Positions 21,501 through 31,500 are shown, numbered from the stretch's first letter. The stretch is 64,000 bases of DNA from Candidatus Kapaibacterium sp. (GCA_938031175.1 CALHGZ010000002.1:139242-203241); one strand, 5' to 3'. Numbers and translations: made by a program. Notes: a model not told the origin generated them from the sequence alone.

Positions 21501-22155
21501 AGATATCAACAAGGTTATTTGAACCTAAAGATGATTTGATCGGTGGAGGGGTTCTGTCGAATTCATTCCCCTGCCATTGATAAGTAAAATAGGGTGTTGT
21601 GAGTGTGATCGAATCAATTTGAACAGGCATTTCAATTTTGTCTTTGTTCAGTTTGCCCCTTAAAGCGGTAATTTTGACTTGCCGCAAAGTTTGGATTCCT
21701 TCCGGGATAGTTCCGAAATGCTGTTCTTGTATGGTTTGTCCCTGTGGATTGCGTATATATATTTTGGGATAGTGGAATTTTGTATAAAAGCCACTAATTT
21801 TAGCACTTGTATTATTATGTGTTACTATGAAATCAACGTAATTAAATTCATTGTAACCTTTTAATTGAGATATCCATTTAACTTCGTACCAATCACCAGA
21901 TTTCAATACTGAAAATGGCTTATAGGCGCGATTACTTTCAGTAATGATGATATTTTCTACATTAAGATTGATGGGGGTGTTGTTGTAGTAAGCCCTAAGA
22001 AAAGCTTTAAAACGAGGCATATCAGCAACATCAACAAATTGATAAATTGAATCAATATACCTTAATTCTAAATTTAGTTGTGCGTATGAGGGAATAATTA
22101 AAAAAAATAACGACAAAATTATGTAAATTTTTAAAACCAATTTCAACTTATCCAT
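18541..22155 (-). CDS. large T9SS-secreted protein (beta-propeller/WD40-like region plus Ig-like domains)
   Basis: 1204 aa with signal peptide. It has WD40/PD40-like segments (YSPDGLKILAVYSSGKITEWD, SPDGHSLTAV) and ASH-like modules (IDFGEKCVGTINEKIIDLFVNSDPVPL). The C-terminal IIPNPASEQVKINFYS...GFLVIVR is a T9SS CTD. Confidence 0.6.
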   Translation of the reverse strand: MDKLKLVLKIYIILSLFFLIIPSYAQLNLELRYIDSIYQFVDVADMPRFKAFLRAYYNNTPINLNVENIIITESNRAYKPFSVLKSGDWYEVKWISQLKGYNEFNYVDFIVTHNNTSAKISGFYTKFHYPKIYIRNPQGQTIQEQHFGTIPEGIQTLRQVKITALRGKLNKDKIEMPVQIDSITLTTPYFTYQWQGNEFDRTPPPIKSSLGSNNLVDIYFKAGSNDFHSDVFTVHYENGFREHLYLTANKFQIDYNPLLKLEQPIGGEILSPCEIYPVKWKGSGPELPIKVYFSSNGGSNWTYLGSSDDSLFHWLVPKTYTNNAKIKIKNEFSKTNQIALNDDLRPIKKVIYSPDGLKILAVYSSGKITEWDTKSYRLINTYYFNNIQNSSIIYNIYGISYLSGDSVFVLAYNQINSNKSDTLAFFHKGISTPFSKIQIDSNFKIKEMIVDYRKNHIALIPRLGNQIAIHSSQDGTFLRHITFDYPIGTMKYHQNGDTAAVYLLNGELLLMKIPEYSIFKRIDFSHLPIILTMSFSSSGKFLALGCKKPIPTPTSISTNEIHVLHLDLNKIVRTLRKTFTDPVKLQFSPNSTVLAIGSEYNPQIAYLDLVSGDYVGAIDITNEPLNDFELSPDGHSLTAVSSGFKNLVIQYFAYPEEYISPGTFSIVEPKIELAKTEFDSSFIGETKEYTITSAVCNIGTTNIRFNSARMKYGVHFYIDNFSDTKLLLPNECLNLKYRFTPLDTGIIRDTIIIFSECYGEFYIPLEKYSKNRNIKLLVGNIDFGEKCVGTINEKIIDLFVNSDPVPLKINYIEFISDKYSPYFTKYSIYDTIIDAESTFSLALIFRPIETIRYDAKLRIYHSNQKKIFLELPVSGKGIGNNLSFSHNPLLFIPEIPERELKIKNNSDHTIKLIEAAFDNNNSDYVLLTTFPISIPPLQETSIKIKWNGTGDKQTKLTFKTEPCIEYFNIFLGRYIAHSIISIPNISADPKEFTKIPIKYINIENGHYSGIRFFNAEIILNKKLFFPTEISSQYGKAEIINNYTDNQFRYIKFRVEGDFPVEGNVTEIIGVAGIADTTYTDISFSDKMNYWGNAISIEFKNGSLQIIGVCKDRLIIHNDKKIQINSIIPNPASEQVKINFYSENQDEYKIMIFNQIGMIMDEHKSYANMGVNDIVLDISHLPPASYKIMVRSNTSFDVGFLVIVR

Positions 22156-22402
22156 AATTAATTTATAAGAGACGATACAATAAAAAATAGCTTTGATTCA
22201 AATTTGAAACCAGAGCTTTCTTAAGGTTTATTTATGTGCTTACAAATTTAATTCAATGTACTTTAAAAACATTAATTCACATCTGATTAAAATTTGTTGT
22301 TCAACAAAGTAATCAGAAAAAATTGTTATCGAATAAGTATATACACATAAATTTGATTTTAGTAACAAACAATTTTTAGGAAAACTTTTCCGGAGATTTT
22401 CG

Positions 22403-23710
22403 ATGAAAGTTATGAAATTCGGAGGTGCTGTACTTAAGGATGAAGCAGGATTCAATGCTATGTTTGAAATTTTGAAAAAAACTGCTGATGAGCCTTTACT
22501 CCTTGTTGTATCAGCATTGTCAAAAGTTACCCGTCAATTAAATGAAATTGCAATGATTGCTAAATCTGGCAATGAAGAAGATGCTCTAAACAGATTAGAC
22601 CATATTGTTGAATGTAATTTAGATCTAGGAACTAAACTACTCAATCCGGAAAATCAATTTATGTTGAAAAATGATCTGCTTCAGCTTTCAGTTAAATTAA
22701 AATCAATACTACGGGGAATTGCCATAACAAAAGAATTAACACTTAGAACACTTGACTATGTCTTAAGTTTCGGAGAATATTTTGCTTTGAAAACTGTATT
22801 TCATTATTTAAAAGAGAAAAATTTCGATGTAGAAATAGTGGACGCAACTGACATAATTATAACGGATAATAATTTCGGGAACGCTACTCCTGATTATAGG
22901 CAGAGCTTGCGAAATTGTATGGAATTTTTAATGCCAAAATTAATTAAGAATCGAATAATACTTACGCAGGGATTTGTAGCCCGTACAAGATCAGGTGAAA
23001 TATGTACGATGGGATTGGAAAGTTCTAATCTCACAGCTACATTTTTTGCATCTGCACTAGGAATTGAGGATATTTTATTCTGGACTGATGTTGAAGGGCT
23101 GAGAACGGCTGATCCAAAAATTGCTGAAACCACAAAATTAATTCCAGAAATGAATTACCAAGATGCATATAAATCCTCATTGTTGGGATTGAAATTATTG
23201 CATCACAATATGATTGAATTTGCTGAAAAAAATAATTTAAATCTCATTTTTCGTTCTGTTTTTAATCCTGAAGGTGAATATACCAAAATTCATAGAACTG
23301 CTCCAAGTCAATCTCTAATCATCTATGTTAATAATTTGATACAATTAGATTATGACTTAGTTGAAATTAGTAAATATCTTACAAGTAAAACATTTTTAGA
23401 GGGTTTTGATTATCGCTTTTTCAAGCATTTTATATTCATTGCAAATTATCTGACTGCAATAACTTCGAATCTAAATATTAAAACGGGTTATGAAAATGAG
23501 GAACAGTTAATATCAGTTCAAAATATTAGTCTTTTATCAATATTAAATCCAAAATTTGGGCAAGTTTTAGAGAAATTGAGCTATTTGTCTTCAAAAATTG
23601 ATATACTGAATATGAGCTATTCTAAATCAACTTCAGTACTAACAATTTCATTGCAGGAAAAATATCTCGAATATGCGATTAAATATCTTAATAAAATTAT
23701 GATTATTTAA
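22403..23710 (+). CDS. aspartate-kinase-family (amino-acid kinase plus ACT-like C-terminal) protein, divergent
   Basis: MKFGGAVL N-terminal nucleotide loop. LLVVSALSKVT. WTDVEGLRTADPKIAETTKLIPEMNYQDAYKSSLLGLKLLHHNMIEFAEKNNLNLIF aligns to the aspartokinase block DVDGVYTADPR...SYDEMLELASLGAKVLHPR. The canonical GRGGSD loop is replaced by GLESSN. Confidence 0.6.
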   Translation: MKVMKFGGAVLKDEAGFNAMFEILKKTADEPLLLVVSALSKVTRQLNEIAMIAKSGNEEDALNRLDHIVECNLDLGTKLLNPENQFMLKNDLLQLSVKLKSILRGIAITKELTLRTLDYVLSFGEYFALKTVFHYLKEKNFDVEIVDATDIIITDNNFGNATPDYRQSLRNCMEFLMPKLIKNRIILTQGFVARTRSGEICTMGLESSNLTATFFASALGIEDILFWTDVEGLRTADPKIAETTKLIPEMNYQDAYKSSLLGLKLLHHNMIEFAEKNNLNLIFRSVFNPEGEYTKIHRTAPSQSLIIYVNNLIQLDYDLVEISKYLTSKTFLEGFDYRFFKHFIFIANYLTAITSNLNIKTGYENEEQLISVQNISLLSILNPKFGQVLEKLSYLSSKIDILNMSYSKSTSVLTISLQEKYLEYAIKYLNKIMII

Positions 23711-23824
23711 TTATTCAACTTGTTGATTACACATTTAAAATATTATTCATCAATGATACAGAATAATGAAAATTCTTTTTATCTTTGAAGGTGTCATTAG
23801 CTTAATTTATTAAAAGGAGGTCTT

Positions 23825-24271
23825 ATGGATAGCTTAAAAGAAATTCTTGATTTTGCAATAAAAAGAGAAATCGAAGCAGCTGAATTTTATCAAGCTCTTC
23901 AGGGTAGAGTAAAACATCAATGGAGTAAATCAGTGCTTCAAGAACTTGAAGAGATGGAATGGGGACACAAAAAAATATTGGAAAATCTCAATACCCAAGG
24001 TATAGAAGATTTTGTACCGCCAAAAATTCAAGATCTTAAAATTGCTGATTATTTGGAACAAATTGAACCCAATGAGGATATGGGGTTTCAAGAAATATTA
24101 ATAATAGCGATAAAGAAGGAAGAATCTGCAAAAAATCTCTATCTCGATTTAGCAAAACGTTCTGATCATATACCTACACGTAATTTATTCCTAAAATTAG
24201 CTGGCGAGGAAGCAAAGCATAAATTACAACTTGAAACTATCTATGATGATGAAATTTATGCTGAGAACTAA
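23825..24271 (+). CDS. rubrerythrin-like ferritin-fold diiron protein (no rubredoxin domain)
   Basis: 148 aa with four helices. It has paired E...ExxH-type ligand motifs (EIEAAEFY, EEMEWGHKK, EESAKNLY, EEAKHKL). A GGAGG RBS lies 7 nt upstream. Confidence 0.6.
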   Translation: MDSLKEILDFAIKREIEAAEFYQALQGRVKHQWSKSVLQELEEMEWGHKKILENLNTQGIEDFVPPKIQDLKIADYLEQIEPNEDMGFQEILIIAIKKEESAKNLYLDLAKRSDHIPTRNLFLKLAGEEAKHKLQLETIYDDEIYAEN

Positions 24272-24447
24272 TGTAAGGTAAACAAAACAACAAAATATTT
24301 ACAAGCAAATATATTTTTGTAATATTTTTGTGTTTAATGTGTTTAATTAATATATTCCAAAACAAGAAACTCTAATAAGGCCCCTTCACCCTCTCGGGGG
24401 TAATATATAAGAATGTAATTTTTTGACATAATACGTAGGGGTCTGAG

Positions 24448-26370
24448 ATGAAAATTAAAAATTTAGGGACTCATTTCATTATTATTTTAATTCTTTTTCT
24501 GTTTAGCTACCAAGCATACACACAGGCTATTTATTTTTATAAGATTTTCGATGACCGCTTCCCAACAATGAGAATACAATGGATAGCACGTCAGGACGGT
24601 GCTGATTCATTAAGGTTACCTTGGGATCAGTTTAGAATTTCAGAAAATAATATCCCCAAAACCGAAACAATTACAGTTGATTGTGGAGAAAAACCAATAC
24701 CAGAAACATCGGTTCTATTATTAATTGACGCTTCCATTTCGATGGCAGAAAAGCTAGATCCAAAAACTAATGAAACTAAACTTGATTGGGTTCGTTTAGC
24801 TGTCTATGATTTCCTTGATTCACTGAAATTTATTGGGGAAACAAAAGTTTCAATGGTCTTTTTTGCTAATGGTACCAAATGGGCTGATGGGCAAACACCT
24901 TGCGTTGGTTGGAAAGGTGGGGATGATATAGAAACAATGAAAAAAGCAATCGAAACAGTAAAATATTCTCCTGGAAAAACGGACTTTGGTCTTGCATTTT
25001 ATGGTACAACAATTCGACCATTCCACGAATTGATGAACAGACCATGGGATATTCAAAGACATTTAATTTTTATCACTGATGGTGAGCCAGAAGTACTATT
25101 TACAACTGTAATTCAGGATTCGGTTGTAAAATTAGCACGCAGAAGCAGAACTTTCGTACATTGCATTTCTATTAAAGAACCAGTCCCTCAGGGTGTACAA
25201 TATGTTACAGCTCAAACCGGTGGAGCTAGATTACACGCAACAAACAAAGCAGACGTTCGAAGGCATCTACTAAGTTTAGTTACAAAAGTGCAAAGAAAAT
25301 GGTTCTGTGAACTACTTTGGCAAGCTGATTTTACCTGTGATGAATCAGGACGTAACAGAACAGTATCCATATCGAGAGAATCACCAGCAGGTTCTGAAAA
25401 ATTGCACGATACAGCTTACACTGCACCAGCATTTAGCGTCAATACGATGAAATTGTCCAAATCGCAAATGCTTTTTGGTACACCTGAAACTGCAAAGGGT
25501 CAAGGCACAGTTACACTAAATTATACTGGTGGCAATTATCAAGTAAGTGATTTAGAATTCACTCCAAAAGGATTCCTGGAGGTTAAAAACTGGGGAGGTT
25601 CGCCACCACCATTTAGATTAAAAATAAATGAAACCAGAAATATTGTTATTGGATATCCGGCTGGTACACAGCAAACAACATCGAGAGTTATTAAAGCAAA
25701 TTTGAAAGTAGATGAGTATCCCTGTGATATTCCACAACTTGAGTTAATAACCTTATGTGGTGGAATTGTTGTTGAATCCCTGAATTTCGATGAAACTTTG
25801 AATAATACAACAACCAAACAAACTTTACAATGTGCATTTAAAAATAGAACAGCCGTGCCAATTGAAGTAACTGCTGAAATAAAAGGCGCCAACGCAGATG
25901 AATTCAAAATTTTATCACCTAAAAGCCAAGTATTAAATCCTGCTGGATGTATGGAAATTGAAGTTGAATTTGCTCCTAAATCCGTTGGTGACAAAACAGC
26001 TTATATTGAATATAAATTGCCGGAAAATTGTGATTCAGATTATAAAACTAATTTAACGGGCAAAGCGATCTTTAATTCTGTTGAGGGAGAATACATCGGT
26101 TTAGGAAATTTAAATAATATTATTGAATTAAGTCCTAATCCGGTTTCAGAAATTTTGAATTTGAAATTTTATGTTCCAGGTTTTTCAACAACAAAAATTG
26201 AATTATTCAATTCAATCGGTGTAAAAATTGAAACTATAATTGATCAAGAATTAGTTGAGGGTATTTATGAAGCTGGATTTTCAGTTTCTAATTTAGAAGC
26301 TGGGCTTTACTTTATCAAAATTTCAGCTGCTAATATCTCCGAAATTGAGCGTATTATTGTGATAAAATAA
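24448..26370 (+). CDS. secreted von Willebrand factor A (VWA) domain protein with T9SS C-terminal sorting domain
   Basis: Signal peptide. MIDAS motif LLLIDASISM (DxSxS) with FITDGEP downstream. The C-terminal LSPNPVSEILNLKFY...IIVIK is a T9SS CTD. Followed by a strong terminator. Confidence 0.65.
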   Translation: MKIKNLGTHFIIILILFLFSYQAYTQAIYFYKIFDDRFPTMRIQWIARQDGADSLRLPWDQFRISENNIPKTETITVDCGEKPIPETSVLLLIDASISMAEKLDPKTNETKLDWVRLAVYDFLDSLKFIGETKVSMVFFANGTKWADGQTPCVGWKGGDDIETMKKAIETVKYSPGKTDFGLAFYGTTIRPFHELMNRPWDIQRHLIFITDGEPEVLFTTVIQDSVVKLARRSRTFVHCISIKEPVPQGVQYVTAQTGGARLHATNKADVRRHLLSLVTKVQRKWFCELLWQADFTCDESGRNRTVSISRESPAGSEKLHDTAYTAPAFSVNTMKLSKSQMLFGTPETAKGQGTVTLNYTGGNYQVSDLEFTPKGFLEVKNWGGSPPPFRLKINETRNIVIGYPAGTQQTTSRVIKANLKVDEYPCDIPQLELITLCGGIVVESLNFDETLNNTTTKQTLQCAFKNRTAVPIEVTAEIKGANADEFKILSPKSQVLNPAGCMEIEVEFAPKSVGDKTAYIEYKLPENCDSDYKTNLTGKAIFNSVEGEYIGLGNLNNIIELSPNPVSEILNLKFYVPGFSTTKIELFNSIGVKIETIIDQELVEGIYEAGFSVSNLEAGLYFIKISAANISEIERIIVIK

Positions 26371-26388
26371 TTTTTACTCTTAAAATTA

Positions 26389-26428
26389 AACGGGTTCTAT
26401 TAGCTAATGGCCTAGAACCCGTTTTTAA
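26389..26428 (+). terminator. rho-independent terminator
   Basis: AACGGGTTCTA (26390-26400) pairs with TAGAACCCGTT (26413-26423), loop TTAGCTAATGGCC, followed by TTTTT. It lies 20 nt after the stop of the VWA/T9SS gene. Confidence 0.65.
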
Positions 26429-26592
26429 TTACATTGTAGATTATTTTTAAACTATTTATTAATTAATAAATCATATACTTTGTTAGATTAAACGCAATTA
26501 GAATCTTGATTAGGAATAATTGTTAATATAAAATCTGAGTAAATTATTTTTAAGCTAGTTCAATTGGGGTTTAATTAAATAAATGTTTTGAT

Positions 26593-27597
26593 TCAGGGCA
26601 TTTTGCGTAAAAAAGTATAGCGCAGAATTTGTTCGAGAAGAAAGATTAAAAATGCAGGCAGTGCATAAATCCAAAATTCCTCTGTGTATTTTGTGAAATA
26701 AGCAACATCGATTTTTGTTTTTTCCATTTGGTCAATTTCAGCATAAATATTTTCGAGCGCTTTATTGTTAGTAGCCCTAAAGTATTTACCACCAGTCATA
26801 TTTGAAATTTGTTTTAAAAGTTCTTCATCTATTTGGACATCAACATAAACATATTGTGTTACTGTTTGGCCAAACCAATTACGAAATTGTTGTGGATATG
26901 GTGCTTTACCTCTTGTACCAACGCCGATAGTATAAACTTTAACATCGAATTGCTTGGCAATTTCTGCCGCTGTTATGGGTGCTATGTTCCCCATATTATT
27001 GACTCCGTCAGTGAGTAAAATAATTACCTTGCTTTTGGCATCGCTTTTTCTCAATCTAGAAACTGCAGTTGCTAAACCATCACCAATTGCAGTACCATCT
27101 TGTATATCTCCACTTTTGATTTTTGTCAATAAATTTTTTAGCACACTGTGGTCTATTGTTATTGGGCATTGGGTAAAGCTTTCACCTGCAAATATTACTA
27201 AACCAATGCGGTCGTCCTTTCGATTTTCTATAAATTGTAAAGCGGTTGATTTTGCAGCTTCAATACGGTTAGGTTTAAAATCTTCGGCAAGCATTGAGGT
27301 TGAAACATCTAATGCGATAACTATATCAATACCTTCTGTTGAAATAGATTTTTCACTTGAACTGGACTGAGGTCGAGCTAATGCCAAAATGACAAGCCCT
27401 ATGGATATCAATCTTAACAGAAATGGCAAGTGTATTAATCTTTGCCTTATTGATGGCTTAATTTTCATTATCGTATCAAATCCTGGGTAAGTTATGCTGG
27501 GATTGAATTTGTTCCAACGAAATATATACCATATAATCATCAAAGGTATGATTATCAGCGCGTACAAAAATTCTGGATTTGCAAATTTATATTCCAT
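26593..27597 (-). CDS. batA: BatA-like VWA-domain membrane protein
   Basis: Two N-terminal TM helices, then a VWA domain with MIDAS DVSTSM and LLTDG. C-terminal TM. The architecture is that of Bacteroides aerotolerance BatA. It is the last gene of the moxR operon. Confidence 0.7.
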   Translation of the reverse strand: MEYKFANPEFLYALIIIPLMIIWYIFRWNKFNPSITYPGFDTIMKIKPSIRQRLIHLPFLLRLISIGLVILALARPQSSSSEKSISTEGIDIVIALDVSTSMLAEDFKPNRIEAAKSTALQFIENRKDDRIGLVIFAGESFTQCPITIDHSVLKNLLTKIKSGDIQDGTAIGDGLATAVSRLRKSDAKSKVIILLTDGVNNMGNIAPITAAEIAKQFDVKVYTIGVGTRGKAPYPQQFRNWFGQTVTQYVYVDVQIDEELLKQISNMTGGKYFRATNNKALENIYAEIDQMEKTKIDVAYFTKYTEEFWIYALPAFLIFLLEQILRYTFLRKMP

Positions 27598-28586
27598 TAC
27601 TTGTCCTCTTTTTTATTTCCATTTGATATTTCAACCGGAATTGTACTTTTGACAAATTCGACAGCAGAATTGAAGCAAAAAGAATGCTCGTCGGGTAATG
27701 GCAGAAATTTTGCAAATTTGACAAGGTCGGCAATCTGGTACATTTTTCTTGAAGTTTCAATAAGACCATTATCTAAATTTAACTTTTCTAATTCGTATAA
27801 AATTTCATCTGATGTCATTTCTAATGCCATAATGTTAAAACGGCGTTCTATATATGTTCTAATAATATCGGTCAGTTTTGTGTAGTATAATTTTATTTCT
27901 CCCTTTTGCCATAATTTTTCATCGTTAAGTTTTCTCAATTCATCTAATGCAATTATATGAGGTGGTATTTTAGGGTCATAGTCTTGCAATAACTTATGTT
28001 TTGGTTTTCTTCTTTTGAGAAATTGAATAACTAAGTATATAGTTAGTGCCAGTAATAATAGCCCTATTATATATGGTAAAAATTCTTCGAAGGTATATGG
28101 GACATCAAGGGGTGGTTTTATGTCTCTTATAGTATCAGCTGTATCGATTGGTATTGTGGAAAATTTAACCATTAGTGGGGAAGTAGCTATCGGATATAAT
28201 TCCTTGGTATCTTCCTTCTCGTAAATGAAATAGAATGGAGGAATTTCAAAGTAACCTGAATCAAAACTTGTGATAATGAGGTTTTGCCGCATTATTCTTT
28301 GAGCATTTGAATCAATTGTATCGATTGGAGTACGTGCTAAAATTTCAATTTTTCCGATTGTGTCTGGAATTGTTGGGAAATTTAACCTTAAATTTTTAGG
28401 GAAAATGACTTCTAAAGAAAGCTTAATTTGGTCGCCAATTAAAACATCGTTTGTATCAATTTTTGCATTGGTTTGAATATCCAATGAGAGCAAAATATTG
28501 CTGCTGAATAAAACTAAAATTAGAGTTGATATTATAAATCTATATTTAGTTTTTCTATGTTTATTATAATTCTGTATTTTTTTCAT
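27597..28586 (-). CDS. Bat-operon-associated 2-TM membrane protein (DUF4381-like?)
   Basis: N-terminal TM, a 150-aa extracytoplasmic segment, a second TM (YIIGLLLLALTIYLVIQFL) then a cytoplasmic tail. The likely start is ATG 28586 (MKKIQNYN), which forms an ATGA overlap with the upstream gene stop. The ORF-track start is 28619. The family assignment is from memory of Bat operon synteny only. Confidence 0.4.
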   Translation of the reverse strand: MKKIQNYNKHRKTKYRFIISTLILVLFSSNILLSLDIQTNAKIDTNDVLIGDQIKLSLEVIFPKNLRLNFPTIPDTIGKIEILARTPIDTIDSNAQRIMRQNLIITSFDSGYFEIPPFYFIYEKEDTKELYPIATSPLMVKFSTIPIDTADTIRDIKPPLDVPYTFEEFLPYIIGLLLLALTIYLVIQFLKRRKPKHKLLQDYDPKIPPHIIALDELRKLNDEKLWQKGEIKLYYTKLTDIIRTYIERRFNIMALEMTSDEILYELEKLNLDNGLIETSRKMYQIADLVKFAKFLPLPDEHSFCFNSAVEFVKSTIPVEISNGNKKEDK

Positions 28587-31500
28587 TTGACAATAATTAT
28601 ATTTTTGCTTAATTGACATCCCTGGTGCTCAATTACAAGATTATATAATCCGTTGGATATTGACGAGAGATTGATTTTGTTTGTTTTTAGTCCGTTATAT
28701 TGAAATCCTATTTTTAAGTCATAAATTTTTTGAGAATTGAGATTATACAGGGAAATTTGGGTAAATCCGAATTGTCCTATTTCATATTCTATCGTAATTT
28801 CATTGTTTGCGGGTTGTGGATAAATATTAATAATTAGAATTGAAGGCAAAGTTAAATACTTTGGAACTGAAACTATTGATTTTGTTCTAAAAAAATTAAT
28901 TTCTGAAAATATTCCTTGACCATATTCATCAATTGAGGCAACTCGCCAATTGTATCGTTGATTACTTTGCAAATCGTTAAGTTCAAATTCATTTACTTTT
29001 ATAATTGTATCAATTATTGGAGAAGTCATTACTATTTTGTCTGAAACCTGTAATCTATATTTAATTGCATGGGGAACTTCTGACCATTTAATTAAAGTAT
29101 TGACATCGACGTCAGTTGCTCCAAATTGAGGAAATTCTAAAGTTGGGGGATTAATACCTGTTGTGAATTCGAATATCTGATTTGAGATAGATTCTCCACC
29201 TGAGGATAATGCTTTGACTTTCCAGAATAGTTTTTTACGTCCTTGAGGTAATCCCTCTACTAAATATGTGTTTGATTTTATACCATTGTACTCTTTAATT
29301 ATGTTTTTAAATTCAATATCTGTTGCTATTTCAAGTTTGTAAAGAGAAGCTTCATTAACATTTGACCAGACAAATGTAACTGTATCGAGTATCGCTCCTT
29401 GTTTTGAAACAGGATAGATAAGTTGAGGAGCAGAAGGCAAAGGCGGAAGTGATTTTAAATAAGCATTAAAAATTCCTAATCCATGGGTAGCTACAGCTGT
29501 AAAACCATCCGATGGCCGAGCATCTATCATTTTGACTACTGTATTACCGATAGTCTCGGCGCCTTCCTGTTGCCAAACCGTGTAAATACCATTTAAATAA
29601 GCAGTCGAATACAAGCCAGTTGAGGTTCCAACTAAATATAATCTTTTATTTCCGATTGGTAATATTTCCAACCAGTGAACTGCAGGACCTCTGCCCAAAC
29701 CGCTTGGGAATTCTTCTAAATTACCAGCTACAGGTGTCCAATTTGAACCGGCATCTGTTGAGTGGAATATACTTATCACGTTGTAATTTGAAAAAACTAC
29801 GAAAATCTCATCGGCATTTTCCGGATCAATAGCGATACAAGAAACCCAAGCATTTTGTGGAAAATTTTTCCCTGTGATATTTTTTGGAATTGGATTACCA
29901 ATATGAGCATTATCTAAACGGAATACTTCACCGGATGAAGTGCCATAATATACTATATTTGCTGGCTTTCGTGATATATCACCAGCAGTTATAAGTCCAT
30001 CTCGAGTTACAACAGTATTGGATAAATCTATCCGTGTGTTACTTAAGCTATCCCAATTTATTGATGTGGAATCATTAGAATTGACAAAAGGAATTTCGTC
30101 TAAATTATTATTTCTCCAAATTATTTTACCACCACCTACATACATTCTTTTGTTATCATTTGGGTCAAGTCCGAAAAAATGATTCCAGATAAAACCAACA
30201 CCACCTGCTGGGTCAATTCTTGTTTTTACAAGATTGTTGCCTTTATCATCCATTAAAATACGCCACATTTTTACTTCTACTGGGCTTGTGGAGGTATTTT
30301 GTGAAGTGTAAAATATTTGCCCCCCGTCGGCTATTTTACAGGTTAGACCGTCTCCGTGAGATGGATAAGTCCAAGGCATCATTAAATCAGATGAATATGA
30401 ATAAAGAGTACCATTATCCTGAGTTCCTCCAATAATTTGTTGGCTACCACCGGGAGCATTATCAATAGCACAAGTATAAAATTGAGTTGTGAAAAAGCCA
30501 TTATTGAGCGAGATCCATTCAACTCTATCTGCAAGGCAGTTTAAAGTTTTATGAACACCGCCATCAGTACCAGTAAACATTACATTTGGGTTTGATGGCA
30601 AAAACACAATTGCATGTTGGTCAGCATGTTGATTTGGGTATCTGTAAGTGTACCAGCATTGTTCGTCGGGATCGGGACAAGTTCCTCCGATCCAAGCAAA
30701 ATTATTTGAAGAGAATCCATCATTTGAACGATAAAGGCATACACCACCGAGAAAGATTATATTTGTATCTTGTGGATGTACCTTAATAACTAGGTTATAG
30801 GAGGTTTGTGAATTCATTTGACCTCGTACCAAATCCGGTTTTGGGACATAAGCTGATTTGTTAACCCATAAGCCGCCATTGCCTGAGCCATCGCCCGACA
30901 AATATTTATATTTCCAGATACTGTGCCAAAGTCTATCACCACGTGAATTTGTAGTTTCTTTGCCACTATTAGGCGTTTCTGCTGCAAAAAAAACCTGATT
31001 TTCATCTGAAGGAGCAATTGCTATAACAATCCTTCTAAATTGCTCAGGCATAAAATTAGGTGTTATATTAACCCAGTTTTCGCCATCAGTAGAGCGGAAA
31101 ATTCCTTTTACAACAGAACCAGTAGCTTGGTATGCGACTTGACTCATTGTAGCATAAAATGTTCCCTTCGAGGTTACAGCTATGTCAGTAAAGAAACTGT
31201 AATTATTACCAAATCCACCCAGGACGGTTTTCCAGCTATTTCCACCGTCTGTAGAACGGACAATGGCACCAGCAGTTGTGCTTGCATAGATTTCATCTCT
31301 TTCTAAAGGAGCTACTGGATTGACTACTATGTTCCAGATATAGTCAAAAGGGTTTTCCCAGCTATTTGGTCTGCCTGTTGATGTTGAAGGAAGAATGAAC
31401 CAATTTAATCCACCATCAGTTGATTTATAAATACCATCACCGCTGATTCTTGCCGAATTGCCCCAAAATTCACCTGTACCTGCGTACCATATATTTTCTT

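Noticed and set aside
22240-22455. 71-aa minus-strand ORF in the divergent promoter region between the T9SS cargo and the aspartokinase-like gene
   Set aside because: It overlaps the start of the plus-strand gene. It is AT-rich low-complexity with no RBS and is more likely promoter DNA.
25539-25994. 151-aa minus-strand ORF inside the VWA/T9SS gene
   Set aside because: It is antisense to a well-supported CDS with no RBS. This is a typical shadow ORF.
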